From Akkermansia muciniphila (lineage in GTDB: Bacteria > Verrucomicrobiota > Verrucomicrobiia > Verrucomicrobiales > V1-33), in NCBI GenBank assembly GCA_943331195.2, contig CALQKQ020000001.1, positions 1 to 41,932 on the forward strand: 41,932 nucleotides of DNA, read 5' to 3'. Numbering within the stretch: position 1 is the first letter of the stretch; every line of letters begins with the position of its first letter. The notes below the pieces were generated by a model. The model made no database searches. It was not told the DNA's origin and was given only the letters and a program-made list of their open reading frames with translations. Below are positions 19,003 through 28,526 of the stretch, piece after piece. The position numbers were made by a program, and so were the translations under genes.

Positions 19003-20649
19003 TCAGGCATCCCGCAATAAGTGAGAAAACAGCGCCCCGAGCAACACCGAGGACAACGCCGCCGGCACCAGGCTGTGAATCGCCGCCTCCCAACCCCCAT
19101 CCCACACCAAGAAATTCAGCAGCGTACCCAGCACCACCGCCGTGCCCAACAAAAAAACCGCCTGAGCGCTCAGCGCCTGCGGCGCGCCGTCCTGCTCATC
19201 GCGCACCACTTGAAAGTAGTGCCAAGCGAGACCAGCCACGATAAAAGGGAACATCCCCGCCAACTCCCTGGAAAAAAGATTGTCGTGCCCGCCCTGACTG
19301 AAATTGTATAGCCCGTGCAGCAGCACCATGCTGCTGAAGGTAGCCAGAAAAGCCGGACCATAGTTCTTCGGATAGCGCAAAAAACGGAACAGGGCGTGCC
19401 CCGTCAGCCCGCTCATCGCCAAATGCATGAAGTTAGCAGTGACAAAGCGCGTCAGCATCCCCGCGCCCCCCGAGGCCCCGTAGTAGCCAATGTTTTCCTT
19501 CAAGGCAAACCCCAGGCCCGTGCACGACGCCGCCATCAGCGCTTGCGCCGGCGTCCCCCGCCGCAGCCACAGCAGCAGCGGCAAGGCACACACCAATTTG
19601 GAAATCTCCTCGCGCAAGCCCACCCCAGCGATCTGATAGAGCAGCGCCGGCCCCGCCAACGCAGAATCCCCTAGCCCATTTCTCGCCTCCTGCAGCTCCA
19701 TCAGCACCAGCGTCAGCACCGTACTGCACATCCCCAGCGGCAGCCCCATCAGGCTGATCCACCACTGCCGCCGCGGCAAGCGACAGGCCTTGTGCAAGCT
19801 GACAAACCAGACCACGCCAGTGAGGAGGCTGAGCAAAAGATAGTCCGTCATCCGCAGCAAGGAAAAGGTGTAGTCGATGCTCCTCCGTAACAAAGGCCGC
19901 ACGTCTAACTGGTAGCGAGCGGCCGCCGCCGAAAGCCCATCCGGCACTTCGTGCACCGCCGCATAGTAGGCGGGATCAGCCAGCAACCGCGCCGCCACCG
20001 CTCCCCACTCCCGGCTCAACGCCAAATCCACCGCCCGCCGCCGCGCCTCCCCCCCATCCGGAAACGCCCCCGCTGCCTCATAGGCCGCCAGCGCCCCCGC
20101 ATAGTCCCGCGATGCCCTCCGCAAATCCGCCGCCATTGTCGCCGGCACCTGCGGCGCCGTCGGCATCGCCAGGTTTTGCAATTGCACCCCTAACGCCGGC
20201 GGAATCACCCCGCCCAGCAGCGCCCCGTGCCAGGCCGCGAAGGCCTCCTGCTCCCCAACCGGAAGCGCGCTCGCCCCCAACAACGCCGCCAGATCCAAGC
20301 GCTCCTCCTCCTTTTCCTCCTCATCTCCCTCCTCATCCTCACCCCCAGCCGCAGACTGCGCCGCCCGGGCTGCCCGCCCCGCATCCGCCCGCAAGGCCCG
20401 CAGCAGCGCCACCCGATCGATCGGCTCGGCCTGCAACACCTCCCGCAAGGCCGCCGCGCGCCCTACCAAAGCACTCCCCACCTCCGCCCCAGGACCCGCC
20501 GCCGGACGCGTCGCCCCCAGCCAGAGCGCCGTTAAAAAAAAGACCCCCAACACGATCAAAATAGCCCGCGTCAAAACCCCCGCATCCCGGCTCAGGGCAT
20601 GCAGGTGGCGGCGGGTCGGCAGCAGCGCAGGCATCAGAAAACGGCGCAT
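19003..20649 (-). CDS. PrsW-family intramembrane protease with a ~250-aa N-terminal extension
   Basis: Core motifs are GLREEISKLVCALPLL (EExxK), GLGFALKENIGYY and FMHLAMSGLTGHALF, spread over about 8 TM helices. The N-terminal part has one TM and an acidic tract, GGEDEEGDEEEKEEE. Confidence 0.72.
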   Translation of the reverse strand: MRRFLMPALLPTRRHLHALSRDAGVLTRAILIVLGVFFLTALWLGATRPAAGPGAEVGSALVGRAAALREVLQAEPIDRVALLRALRADAGRAARAAQSAAGGEDEEGDEEEKEEERLDLAALLGASALPVGEQEAFAAWHGALLGGVIPPALGVQLQNLAMPTAPQVPATMAADLRRASRDYAGALAAYEAAGAFPDGGEARRRAVDLALSREWGAVAARLLADPAYYAAVHEVPDGLSAAAARYQLDVRPLLRRSIDYTFSLLRMTDYLLLSLLTGVVWFVSLHKACRLPRRQWWISLMGLPLGMCSTVLTLVLMELQEARNGLGDSALAGPALLYQIAGVGLREEISKLVCALPLLLWLRRGTPAQALMAASCTGLGFALKENIGYYGASGGAGMLTRFVTANFMHLAMSGLTGHALFRFLRYPKNYGPAFLATFSSMVLLHGLYNFSQGGHDNLFSRELAGMFPFIVAGLAWHYFQVVRDEQDGAPQALSAQAVFLLGTAVVLGTLLNFLVWDGGWEAAIHSLVPAALSSVLLGALFSHLLRDA

Positions 20650-20655
20650 TCAACC

Positions 20656-21984
20656 CTACTTCCAGCGGAAGGCCAATACTTTATCCAGCGCCCGAATCAC
20701 CACCAGATCCCCATCCACCGCCAGATGCGCCCAGGTCTCCGATTCCGACACCTTCTTCTCCGCCACCATGTGAAACGCCGCCGGATCCGCGTCGATCAAA
20801 TAAAGACTCCCATTCTGGTCCAGCGTGAGCAGGCGCTTCCCCTGACTTATCAAACTCCAGTACTCCCCAAATTTGCGATCCGTCGTCCACTCCGCCTTCC
20901 CCGTAGCCAAATCCAAGCAGGTGAACTTCTTGTTGCGCAAGTGCAGGTATACCTTCCCCCCAACCACCACCGGGGTCGACATGTAGCCTTCCGCCTTCTC
21001 CTCCCACGCCAGCGCCACCCCAGGGCTGCCCGCACTGGTCGACAAATCCCAAGCTTGACTGACACCTTGATAGGCGGTGGTGAAGAGCCGGTTCCCTTCG
21101 ATCACCGGGGTCTGAATGTTCATGCCCCGAAAGGCCTTGATGACTTGGCTCCACAGCACGGTGCCATTCGCCGGATCCACCCCGCAGAGCTTCTCCCGCG
21201 TCTGCACCAGCAGTTGCCGCTGACCGTTGACGGTTGTTAGCATAGGCGAGGAAAACGCGCTATCCATCGCCGCCCCCTTTTCTTCCAATGCCCGCCACAC
21301 CACCTTGCCGCTGGCCTTCTCCAACTTGCACAGCGCCGCCCCCGCTTGCACATAAATAAAATCCCCGTCGAGCAGCGGAGAACAGACAAATCCAAAACCA
21401 GGTGCCGGCTTCTTAAATTGCTCCACAAAATCCACCCGCCACTTTTCCTTCCCCGTGGCCCCATCCAGCGCCACCAAGACATCCCGCATCCCCGCCACAA
21501 ACAAAACCTTCCCATCCCAAGCCGGCGTGCTGCGCATCCAGTCCCCATTGCGCGCCGCAAAAAACGGCACCCCCTGGTGGCCCTCCCACTCCGCCGTCCA
21601 CACCGTCTTCCCCGTCGCCCGGTCCACCGCGTGCACCCGCTCCAGCCGCTTGTCCACGCTCTCCGTCGTGAAAACCAAATCCTTGCTGATGATAGGACCA
21701 GAATAACTCGGCCCCAGCGGCACCTCCCAAGCTAACTCCATTTTGGAAAAATCCGCCGGCCACGCCGGTCCCGACACCACCCCCGTCCGCTCCGGCCCCC
21801 GCCACTGCGGCCACTCCGCCCACCCACTCCCCGCCGACCCCAGCAACCACAGCGCCGCCGCTCCCAGCTTCACGGATCGATGGATGCCCGGGAGCCAGCC
21901 GAGCCGCGAGGAAATTGCCTGGGTTGTTTTCATGGTTGTTTTCATGTTGCCAAAGACTACGCCACAAAAAAGCCGCCGCGTCAT
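20656..21984 (-). CDS. PQQ-like beta-propeller repeat protein (BamB-like fold), secreted
   Basis: WPQWRGPERTGVVS... followed by repeated ...ATGKxxW... blades (DRATGKTVWTAEW, DGATGKEKWRVDF, ASGKVVWRAL, ANGTVLWSQ, ATGKAEWTTD). The start is uncertain (21984 or the MKTTMKTT Met at 21945). Confidence 0.85.
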   Translation of the reverse strand: MTRRLFCGVVFGNMKTTMKTTQAISSRLGWLPGIHRSVKLGAAALWLLGSAGSGWAEWPQWRGPERTGVVSGPAWPADFSKMELAWEVPLGPSYSGPIISKDLVFTTESVDKRLERVHAVDRATGKTVWTAEWEGHQGVPFFAARNGDWMRSTPAWDGKVLFVAGMRDVLVALDGATGKEKWRVDFVEQFKKPAPGFGFVCSPLLDGDFIYVQAGAALCKLEKASGKVVWRALEEKGAAMDSAFSSPMLTTVNGQRQLLVQTREKLCGVDPANGTVLWSQVIKAFRGMNIQTPVIEGNRLFTTAYQGVSQAWDLSTSAGSPGVALAWEEKAEGYMSTPVVVGGKVYLHLRNKKFTCLDLATGKAEWTTDRKFGEYWSLISQGKRLLTLDQNGSLYLIDADPAAFHMVAEKKVSESETWAHLAVDGDLVVIRALDKVLAFRWK

Positions 21985-21993
21985 GGTAAATCC

Positions 21994-23139
21994 TCAGCGC
22001 CGCACCACCCGGTAAAAACGCCGCGCCGCCGCCCCTAGCAGGACATCCTGCACCTGCCCCGCCCCCGCAGCCGTGGCCACCACTTCCACACCCGTCCGCT
22101 CCCCCACCGCCGCAAAGCTCCCCAACCTCGCCCAGGCTCCCGCCCCCAACTGCGCCGTCGCCTCCACCTCATACGTGGCCCCTGGAGTCGAGCGAAACGC
22201 CAGCGCCACCTGCGGCGGCGCCGCCGCGCGAATGCGCGCCTCCAGCAGTTGCAACTGCGGCGGGTCCGCCGCCACCGGCAGCTCATAGTCCTTCACCACC
22301 GCCTGGTGCTGCATGTTGCTGGCCCCGCTGTCCCCAGCCAGCGCCGGAGCCAACTCCGCGATCGGCTGGTACGTCCGCGTATCTGCCACCAACCCGTTAG
22401 GAAAAACCGATTTCCCCAGCACCGTGGCCGTCTGCAAGGCGTGCCACCCCTTGCCCGCATAGACCGCGTCATAGGGTTTGGCCCGCCCCGCATTCGTATT
22501 CACGTTCCCGAGCCGGTCTGCCGGGTGCGCCGTGCCTATCACCACCAAGGACGAAAGCGTCTCCAAGCAGGCCTCGCTGCGCGTGTCCGTATTGAAATCC
22601 CCCCCAATCACCAAATAATCGCTGCCCCGCGCCCCATTGTTAGCGGCGTAGTAGTCCTTGATGAAACTGGCCAACTGCACCGCCTCGTTGGGCCGCTGGC
22701 TGTCCGTGGTCGGCAAATGCACGCTCACCGCAAGCAGCTCCCGCGCCCCCGGCAGGTCAATCCTCGCCCAGGCAAAGTCCCGCTCCGCCACCGGCGAGGG
22801 CCATTCCCCCGACTCCAACAAGGGATACCGGCTGATGATCCCATTCGGAATGCTCCCCGGCCCTCCCTCCCGGTAATAACTAAACCCCGCCCCAAACGCC
22901 TCGTCCACCAGCGCCCGCACATCCGACACGGAATTTGTTAGGTAGTTGAATTCCTGGATCAAGATGATGTCCGGCTTCAGCCCCTTAAAGATGCGAATGC
23001 CGTGCCCGGGATCGTAGTCTTGGCCGTCCCCGCTCGAAATATTCGCCGCCGCAATGCGGATCCGCTGCCCGAGAGCTGGCCCTGCTCCTAGCAGGGAGCC
23101 CAGCAAAAGCAGTCGCAGGAATGTGGCAGGAAAAGACAT
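21994..23139 (-). CDS. Secreted endonuclease/exonuclease/phosphatase (EEP) family protein with an extra C-terminal ~100-aa domain
   Basis: Signal MSFPATFLRLLLLGSLLGAGPALG. EEP start is RIRIAAANISSGDGQDYDPGHGIRIFKGLKPDIILIQEFNY. Also ...LVIGGDFN... The C-terminal tail ends ...RRFYRVVRR. Confidence 0.8.
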   Translation of the reverse strand: MSFPATFLRLLLLGSLLGAGPALGQRIRIAAANISSGDGQDYDPGHGIRIFKGLKPDIILIQEFNYLTNSVSDVRALVDEAFGAGFSYYREGGPGSIPNGIISRYPLLESGEWPSPVAERDFAWARIDLPGARELLAVSVHLPTTDSQRPNEAVQLASFIKDYYAANNGARGSDYLVIGGDFNTDTRSEACLETLSSLVVIGTAHPADRLGNVNTNAGRAKPYDAVYAGKGWHALQTATVLGKSVFPNGLVADTRTYQPIAELAPALAGDSGASNMQHQAVVKDYELPVAADPPQLQLLEARIRAAAPPQVALAFRSTPGATYEVEATAQLGAGAWARLGSFAAVGERTGVEVVATAAGAGQVQDVLLGAAARRFYRVVRR

Positions 23140-23241
23140 CGTCGAGGGCGCGCCGCAGCATGGCTTTGCCGCCGGAAAGCCCACCCCATCCGCTCGCCCC
23201 CGCCCGCCCGCAAAGGCCAATTTGGCCCAATTCCCCGCCCC

Positions 23242-25305
23242 TCAGGGCCAGGGCACCACCAGCCGCAGCCGGGTTCCCCCGCCCCGCGCCCCCCCAATCT
23301 CCAATCGCCCCCCCAAGGTCGCCGCCCGCTGCCGCATCCCCCTCACCCCCGCCCCCGAGACCGCCGCTCCCGGATCAAAACCGCACCCGTTGTCCTCTAA
23401 CTCCAAAACAAAATGCGCCGCGTCCCCACCCACCCGAACGGAAGCCCGCGTGGCCCCAGCGTGCCGCATCACATTGTGCAGCGCCTCCTTGAACACCAAG
23501 AGTACCTGGCGCTTGAACTCCAGCGGCAACTCCCGCCCCTGCACCGCCGGATCCACCGCAAAGTCGTGTGGCACCGCCGCTAACATCGACGCCGCCGTCT
23601 CCCGCAAGCGCTGCGCCAGATCCCCCAACGTGCGCGTCTCCGGGCGGATCAACCACACAATATCCCGCAGGCTCTCCGTGATCTCCCGCGACAAATGGTT
23701 GATTTCCGTGAAATCCTGACGCGCCTCCTCCGGGTGCGTTCCCTTGGCTCCGGCCATCTGGCTGAGCAAGGCGATCGTCCCCAGCCCACTCCCGATTTCA
23801 TCGTGCACGTCGCGGGCAATCCGCTGGCGCAAGGCCTCCAGCTCGCGCCGCCGCTCCCGCCGGTTGCGCCGCGCCGCCCACCCCAGCCCCAACGCCGCTA
23901 GGCAACTGATCCCCAAACCCCATTCGATGAGGCGGCGCAGCACCCGGCGGCTCAGTTCCTGGCGCCGCTCTGGCAAAGCCGCCCACGCCACCTCCAACTG
24001 CCGCCGCTGCTCCAACCCATCCAGATAGGACGGCCATGCCGCCACCTGCCGCTGGCTCGTAAAACCGTCCGTGAGAAACGCGCTAGACCACCGCGGCGTC
24101 TCCCGACTATCCGATGCCGTAGCCGGACACCCCGCCGCCACGTTCTCCCCCGCGCTGAAGACCTGCAACTCCGCCAAGGCCAACATGTAATCGTTAAATC
24201 GCTCTCCTAATTTCGTCGCCGTCAGCCGAAGGTAACGCGCCCCCAGCCCCGGCACCGCCTGCACCACCGGGTTCTCTAGCGGATTAGCAAAGTCCGCCTT
24301 GCCCGACTCCCCCAACACCACGGGCTCCGCAAAACTCGCCTCGCGGGACGCCTCCAGCCGCCACCGCAGCGGAAACCCAAAACCCCGCCGCGCCGGAAAT
24401 TCCACCGCCCGCGCCGGAAACATCCTCACCTCATCAATCGGGCATTCCTCCCCCAAATCCACCTGCAGCCACTTCACCGCCTGCGCCCCGCGCTCCGCCT
24501 GACTCTGAAATCCCTCCGTGCTCGAGGCCAAGATCCCACTCGGAGCCCCCACCACACTCTGGCTATCCACCAAATTCATCACCGACCAATTCCGCAGCGC
24601 CTCGTCGCTGTCGCTCACCCGCAGCGCCTCCCGCGGCAACCCCGCCGCCACATTCCGCACCCCCTGCAACACCATCAACTCCCCCAGCGCTAATAGACTC
24701 CGCCCATTGCGCCCCCACAGCTTCACCGCCGTCAGCCGCACATACCGCCCGCTCACCGGCTCCTCCGGCACCACCGAGACCGGCCACACCCCAGGATTGG
24801 GAAAATCCGCCCCCGTATAGTCTCCCAGCAACTCCGCTTCTTCAAAAGAAGGGTCGTCCGCCACCTCCACCCGCCAGCGCACCGGAAATCCATAGCCCGC
24901 TCCCGGATCCGCATCGACCGCAAAATCCGCCGGCACCAACACCACGCGGTCGATCCGCTGCTTCGATCCCAAATCCAGCCGAATCATCCGCGTCTCCGGC
25001 ACCCCCCCGCGCTCCGCCGCCAAGCGCGCCCCTCGCCGCACCGAAGACGGCTTGCTCGAATAGCCAATCCGCTCGGTCTGCTGGTCCGGAAACAAACTCG
25101 GCAAGCCCGCCAATTCCTGCTTCATCCGCACCTGCTCCGCCTCCAGCGCCCGCCACTCCGCGCTAAACCACCCGCTAAACCACCCGCTAAACCTCTCGCT
25201 CAACCCACCCTCCCCCACCTGCCCCCGGCAACCTCCAAGCAACGCCAACCCTAGCAAGCCAGCAGCCCGGAGACCTCCCTTCACGCTGCGCCTGCCCGTC
25301 TTCAT
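23242..25305 (-). CDS. Sensor histidine kinase (HisKA_3 + HATPase_c) with two extracytoplasmic discoidin (F5/8 type C)-like domains
   Basis: Lipobox-like LALLGGC. Two repeats end RYVRLTAVKLWGRNGRSLLALGELMVL and RYLRLTATKLGERFNDYMLALAELQVF. One TM (WGLGISCLAALGLGWAA). H-box is RIARDVHDEIGSGLG, followed by NVMRHAGA...DNGCGF...GVRGMRQRA. Confidence 0.85.
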   Translation of the reverse strand: MKTGRRSVKGGLRAAGLLGLALLGGCRGQVGEGGLSERFSGWFSGWFSAEWRALEAEQVRMKQELAGLPSLFPDQQTERIGYSSKPSSVRRGARLAAERGGVPETRMIRLDLGSKQRIDRVVLVPADFAVDADPGAGYGFPVRWRVEVADDPSFEEAELLGDYTGADFPNPGVWPVSVVPEEPVSGRYVRLTAVKLWGRNGRSLLALGELMVLQGVRNVAAGLPREALRVSDSDEALRNWSVMNLVDSQSVVGAPSGILASSTEGFQSQAERGAQAVKWLQVDLGEECPIDEVRMFPARAVEFPARRGFGFPLRWRLEASREASFAEPVVLGESGKADFANPLENPVVQAVPGLGARYLRLTATKLGERFNDYMLALAELQVFSAGENVAAGCPATASDSRETPRWSSAFLTDGFTSQRQVAAWPSYLDGLEQRRQLEVAWAALPERRQELSRRVLRRLIEWGLGISCLAALGLGWAARRNRRERRRELEALRQRIARDVHDEIGSGLGTIALLSQMAGAKGTHPEEARQDFTEINHLSREITESLRDIVWLIRPETRTLGDLAQRLRETAASMLAAVPHDFAVDPAVQGRELPLEFKRQVLLVFKEALHNVMRHAGATRASVRVGGDAAHFVLELEDNGCGFDPGAAVSGAGVRGMRQRAATLGGRLEIGGARGGGTRLRLVVPWP

Positions 25306-25350
25306 GTCATTGAATTTCTCGCGGAAACGTCCCCCGCCTCGCCCCCCGCC

Positions 25351-26016
25351 TCAGCGGCGCTTCACCTCATAGCCTCCCAAATCATAGGAAAACTGGCTAG
25401 CCGGAATCACCGCATTCTCCTGCAATCCGCTGAACACGTTGTTGACCCACGACCCATCCCGCAAATGCACCTGCATCGCCCCCAGCCGGTGCGTCGTCTG
25501 ATGCAGCACCATCACCAACTTGCGCACCGCAAAACTAGCCCCGGGCCCGATCGGCTTCACTTCCAGATTGTCCCAGCCCTCCGCCCCCTTCAAGTCCAGC
25601 ACCTCAAAGCGCTCCAAAAAGGCCTCCAAACTCGCCGGAAACCCCGCCCGCAAAAAAGCAATCCCCTGCCCCGCATCTTCCCGCTCCACCGCCGCTTGGG
25701 AAAACACCTCGGCCGTCTTCTTCGCCGGATAAATCAGAGAAAATTCCTCCTTCGGGTTCATCAAAGCCACCACCTTGGGCGGATCTCCCGCCTGCCACCG
25801 GAAGGCCCCGCCTTGCACAAACCAAAACCGCCCCACGCTCTCCAGCGGCTTCTTCACCGTCCGCAAATGCCGCTCCTGCTTGATGTCGACAATGAAACTT
25901 TTCACCTCCGCCTGCTGCGCAATCCACGCCTTCACCGGTGCCAGGTCCAACTCCGCCCGCAGGGGAACCGCCAGCCCCAACAGAATTCCCGCGATCATCA
26001 ACAATCTGTGCTGCAT
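25351..26016 (-). CDS. LolA-like outer-membrane lipoprotein carrier family protein
   Basis: Signal MQHRLLMIAGILLGLAVPLRA. SFIVDIKQERHLRTVKKPLESVGRFWFVQGGAFRWQAGDPPKVVALMN fits the LolA/LolA-like pattern. Start moved to the MQHR Met. Confidence 0.68.
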   Translation of the reverse strand: MQHRLLMIAGILLGLAVPLRAELDLAPVKAWIAQQAEVKSFIVDIKQERHLRTVKKPLESVGRFWFVQGGAFRWQAGDPPKVVALMNPKEEFSLIYPAKKTAEVFSQAAVEREDAGQGIAFLRAGFPASLEAFLERFEVLDLKGAEGWDNLEVKPIGPGASFAVRKLVMVLHQTTHRLGAMQVHLRDGSWVNNVFSGLQENAVIPASQFSYDLGGYEVKRR

Positions 26017-26101
26017 AGTCTCACGCCTCCGCCAGTTGCCGCCCGCCCGCAAAGGAAAAGGCGCCCCTCCTCCCCTCTACCCCCCCGCCTTCCGCCCTCA
26101 G

Positions 26102-27136
26102 CTACTGCGGCTTGCGAAACCGATAGTGCGAAACAATCCACTCCTCCCCGCCCCGGTAGCCCCACAATTCCGCGCAGGACAAGTAGAACACCCGCCAGTA
26201 GGCCCACCAGCGCTTCGCCTGCCCAGCTCCATAGGTTTGCTCAAAAAGCGGCCAAATCTCCGCGCGGTGCGCATCCATGTTCGCCAGCCACGCATTGCTC
26301 GTCTTCTCATAGTGCTGGCCGCTCACGCACCAGTGATCCTCAATCCGCAAATCCTCCTGAAAATAGAGCAACAAGTCGTCGCTCGGCATCTGCCCACCCG
26401 CAAAAAAATACCGCGTCAACCAATCACTCGGCCCCTTGTCCACATAGTGATAGGCCAACTCCCGGTGCGTGAAAATATGCACAAAAAGCTTGCCGCCCGG
26501 CTGCAACCACGACGCCACCTTGCCGAGCAACTTCTCGTAGTTCTTCATGTGCTCGAACATCTCCACGCTCACCACCCGCTCAAAGCGCTCCCCCGTGTCG
26601 AAGACATTCATATCGCACGTGACCACCTCCAGGTTCCCAAACCCCTTCTCCGCCGCCACCCGATCAATGTGCTCCTTCTGCGTGCGACTATTCGAAACCG
26701 CCGTGATCTGAGCCTTGGGATAGTGCTCCGCCATCCACAGCGACAGCGAACCCCACCCGCAGCCCAGTTCCAAAATGCGCTGCCCATCCGCCAACTCCGC
26801 CCGCGCACACGTCAACCCCAACATGTTTTCCTCAGCCTCATCCAAGCTCACCGTCCCCTCTAACCAGAGCCCCGAACTGTACTTCAGGCGCTTCCCCAAA
26901 CACCTCTGGTAAAAAACCGTCGGCACCTCGTAGTGCTGCTCATTGGCCGCCGCCGTCTGCTCCGCAATCCCTCGCGTCTTCAGATCCGCCACATACGCCA
27001 GCAGCGCCGCGCGCTGCGAAGCCACCTCCGCATGGCCGTGCTCCTTCAAAGTGCCCGCCAGCAAATACCGGATCCCCGCGCGCAACAGCACGTCTGGCAC
27101 CAGGTCGGATTCGATGAGTTTGTCGACATTGATCAT
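26102..27136 (-). CDS. cfa: Cyclopropane-fatty-acyl-phospholipid synthase family SAM-dependent methyltransferase
   Basis: [27 protein letters not shown] motif [17 protein letters not shown], and ...SVEMFEHM... Start moved to the MINVDK Met (27136). Confidence 0.88.
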   Translation of the reverse strand: MINVDKLIESDLVPDVLLRAGIRYLLAGTLKEHGHAEVASQRAALLAYVADLKTRGIAEQTAAANEQHYEVPTVFYQRCLGKRLKYSSGLWLEGTVSLDEAEENMLGLTCARAELADGQRILELGCGWGSLSLWMAEHYPKAQITAVSNSRTQKEHIDRVAAEKGFGNLEVVTCDMNVFDTGERFERVVSVEMFEHMKNYEKLLGKVASWLQPGGKLFVHIFTHRELAYHYVDKGPSDWLTRYFFAGGQMPSDDLLLYFQEDLRIEDHWCVSGQHYEKTSNAWLANMDAHRAEIWPLFEQTYGAGQAKRWWAYWRVFYLSCAELWGYRGGEEWIVSHYRFRKPQ

Positions 27137-27260
27137 AGAAATATCCCAGGAAAAAAATCCACCCTGCCGCATCCGGGCGCCATTTCCATAGCGGATGCCA
27201 CGCCGCTTTGGATGCCCCTTTTTTCCGCCGCCCCACCACGCGCCCTCCCCCCGCACAATC

Positions 27261-28337
27261 TCAAACCCCCACCGCCACGCGGCGCCGGTCCCGCACCGCA
27301 TCCGCCAAATCCGCCAGCACCGCCTTGGTCGCCTCCCAATCAATGCAAGCATCCGTGATGCTCTGCCCATGCACCAAGGCCTGATTCGGCGTCACGTCCT
27401 GGCGACCCTCCACCAAATAACTCTCTATCATCACTCCCGTGATCGCCTTGTTGCCCGCCCGTATCTGACTAGCCACATCGCCAGCCACCTTGGGCTGATT
27501 CCGATGGTCCTTGTTCGAGTTGCCGTGGGAACAATCAATCATGATCGTCGGCGTCAGCCCCGCCTTTTCCAGCATCGCCGTAACCTCAGCGACGTGCTCC
27601 GGACTGTAGTTAGGCCCAGACTTGCCGCCCCGCAGAATAATGTGGCAAGAATCGTTGCCGCTCGTCTTCACAATCGCCGCCACCCCCTGCTTGGTCACGC
27701 TCAGAAAATGGTGACTCCCCCGCGCCGCCCGAATCGCGTCCAGCGCAATCCCCAACCCGCCGCCCGTCCCATTCTTAAACCCCACCGGCATCGACAAGCC
27801 GCTCGCCAACTCCCGGTGCACCTGGCTCTCCACCGTCCGCGCCCCAATCGCCCCCCACGACACCAGATCCGCCACATACTGCGGACTAATCGCATCCAAA
27901 AACTCCGTCCCCGTCGGAATCCCCATCCCCGTCAGCTTCAACAAGAGGTGCCGCGCCAAATGCAGCCCCCGGTTGATGTCAAAACTCTCGTCCAAACCAG
28001 GATCATTAATATATCCCTTCCACCCCACCGTCGTGCGCGGCTTCTCAAAATAAACCCGCATCACTAACTGCAGCGCATCCCCGTATTTCGCAAACTCCCC
28101 CTGCAACAGCGCCGCATACTCCAGCGCCGCCTTCTCATCGTGTATCGAACACGGCCCCACCACCACCAACAAGCGGTCGTCCCTCCGATGGATAATATCC
28201 TCCGCCTGCGACCGCGCCTTCGTCACAAACGCAATCTCCCGCTCGCTCGGACACAGCTCGCGGATCACCACCTCCGGCGAAACCAAACTCCAAATTTCAG
28301 AAATGCGGACATCGTCAGTGGAGATCTTGGCGGACAT
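27261..28337 (-). CDS. aroG: 3-deoxy-7-phosphoheptulose (DAHP) synthase, class I
   Basis: [38 protein letters not shown] and [13 protein letters not shown]. Which isozyme (F/G/H) cannot be told. Start at the MSAKIS Met. Confidence 0.92.
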   Translation of the reverse strand: MSAKISTDDVRISEIWSLVSPEVVIRELCPSEREIAFVTKARSQAEDIIHRRDDRLLVVVGPCSIHDEKAALEYAALLQGEFAKYGDALQLVMRVYFEKPRTTVGWKGYINDPGLDESFDINRGLHLARHLLLKLTGMGIPTGTEFLDAISPQYVADLVSWGAIGARTVESQVHRELASGLSMPVGFKNGTGGGLGIALDAIRAARGSHHFLSVTKQGVAAIVKTSGNDSCHIILRGGKSGPNYSPEHVAEVTAMLEKAGLTPTIMIDCSHGNSNKDHRNQPKVAGDVASQIRAGNKAITGVMIESYLVEGRQDVTPNQALVHGQSITDACIDWEATKAVLADLADAVRDRRRVAVGV

Positions 28338-28360
28338 AGCGAAATAGCGAATAGCTCTTG

Positions 28361-28399
28361 GAAAAAACACAAAGCCGCCCGGCTCAAAAAGCGGGCGGC
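28361..28399 (-). terminator. Intrinsic-terminator-like hairpin + U-tract in the 5' leader of the DAHP synthase gene (candidate attenuator)
   Basis: The - strand reads GCCGCCCG-CTTTTTGAGC-CGGGCGGC-TTTGTGTTTTTTC. That is a perfect 8-bp GC stem and a 10-nt loop. The T-rich tail ends 23 nt before the aroG ATG (28337). No same-strand gene lies upstream of it. Confidence 0.55.
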
Positions 28400-28526
28400 G
28401 CAGGAATTCCCATTTACCAACAGCGCGCCCTCCCTTTCAAGAGAAAATCCCCCGCCTCCCACCGCCCCAGCCCCCACCAGGCTTTCCTCTTGACCCTCCC
28501 AGACCCGACAGCTTAGGAACGGCCAC

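Noticed and set aside
19339-19348. Extra copy of the REP head GGTAGCCAGA inside the PrsW gene
   Set aside because: No adjacent palindrome follows it. It lies in-frame in coding sequence (the rc encodes ...LATF...) and is most simply a chance 10-mer match.
21920-21945. Tandem 12-bp duplication encoding MKTTMKTT at the propeller N-terminus
   Set aside because: It is real in the sequence but lies in the ambiguous start region upstream of the signal-peptide hydrophobic core. It is likely a trivial duplication and may be untranslated.
27137-27260. Riboswitch or terminator between aroG and the cfa-like gene (GCATCCG...CGGATGC stem, then T7)
   Set aside because: The 7-bp stem is separated from the T-run by 11 nt and has a 16-nt loop. 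No known riboswitch core (for example a SAM class) was recognisable by eye.
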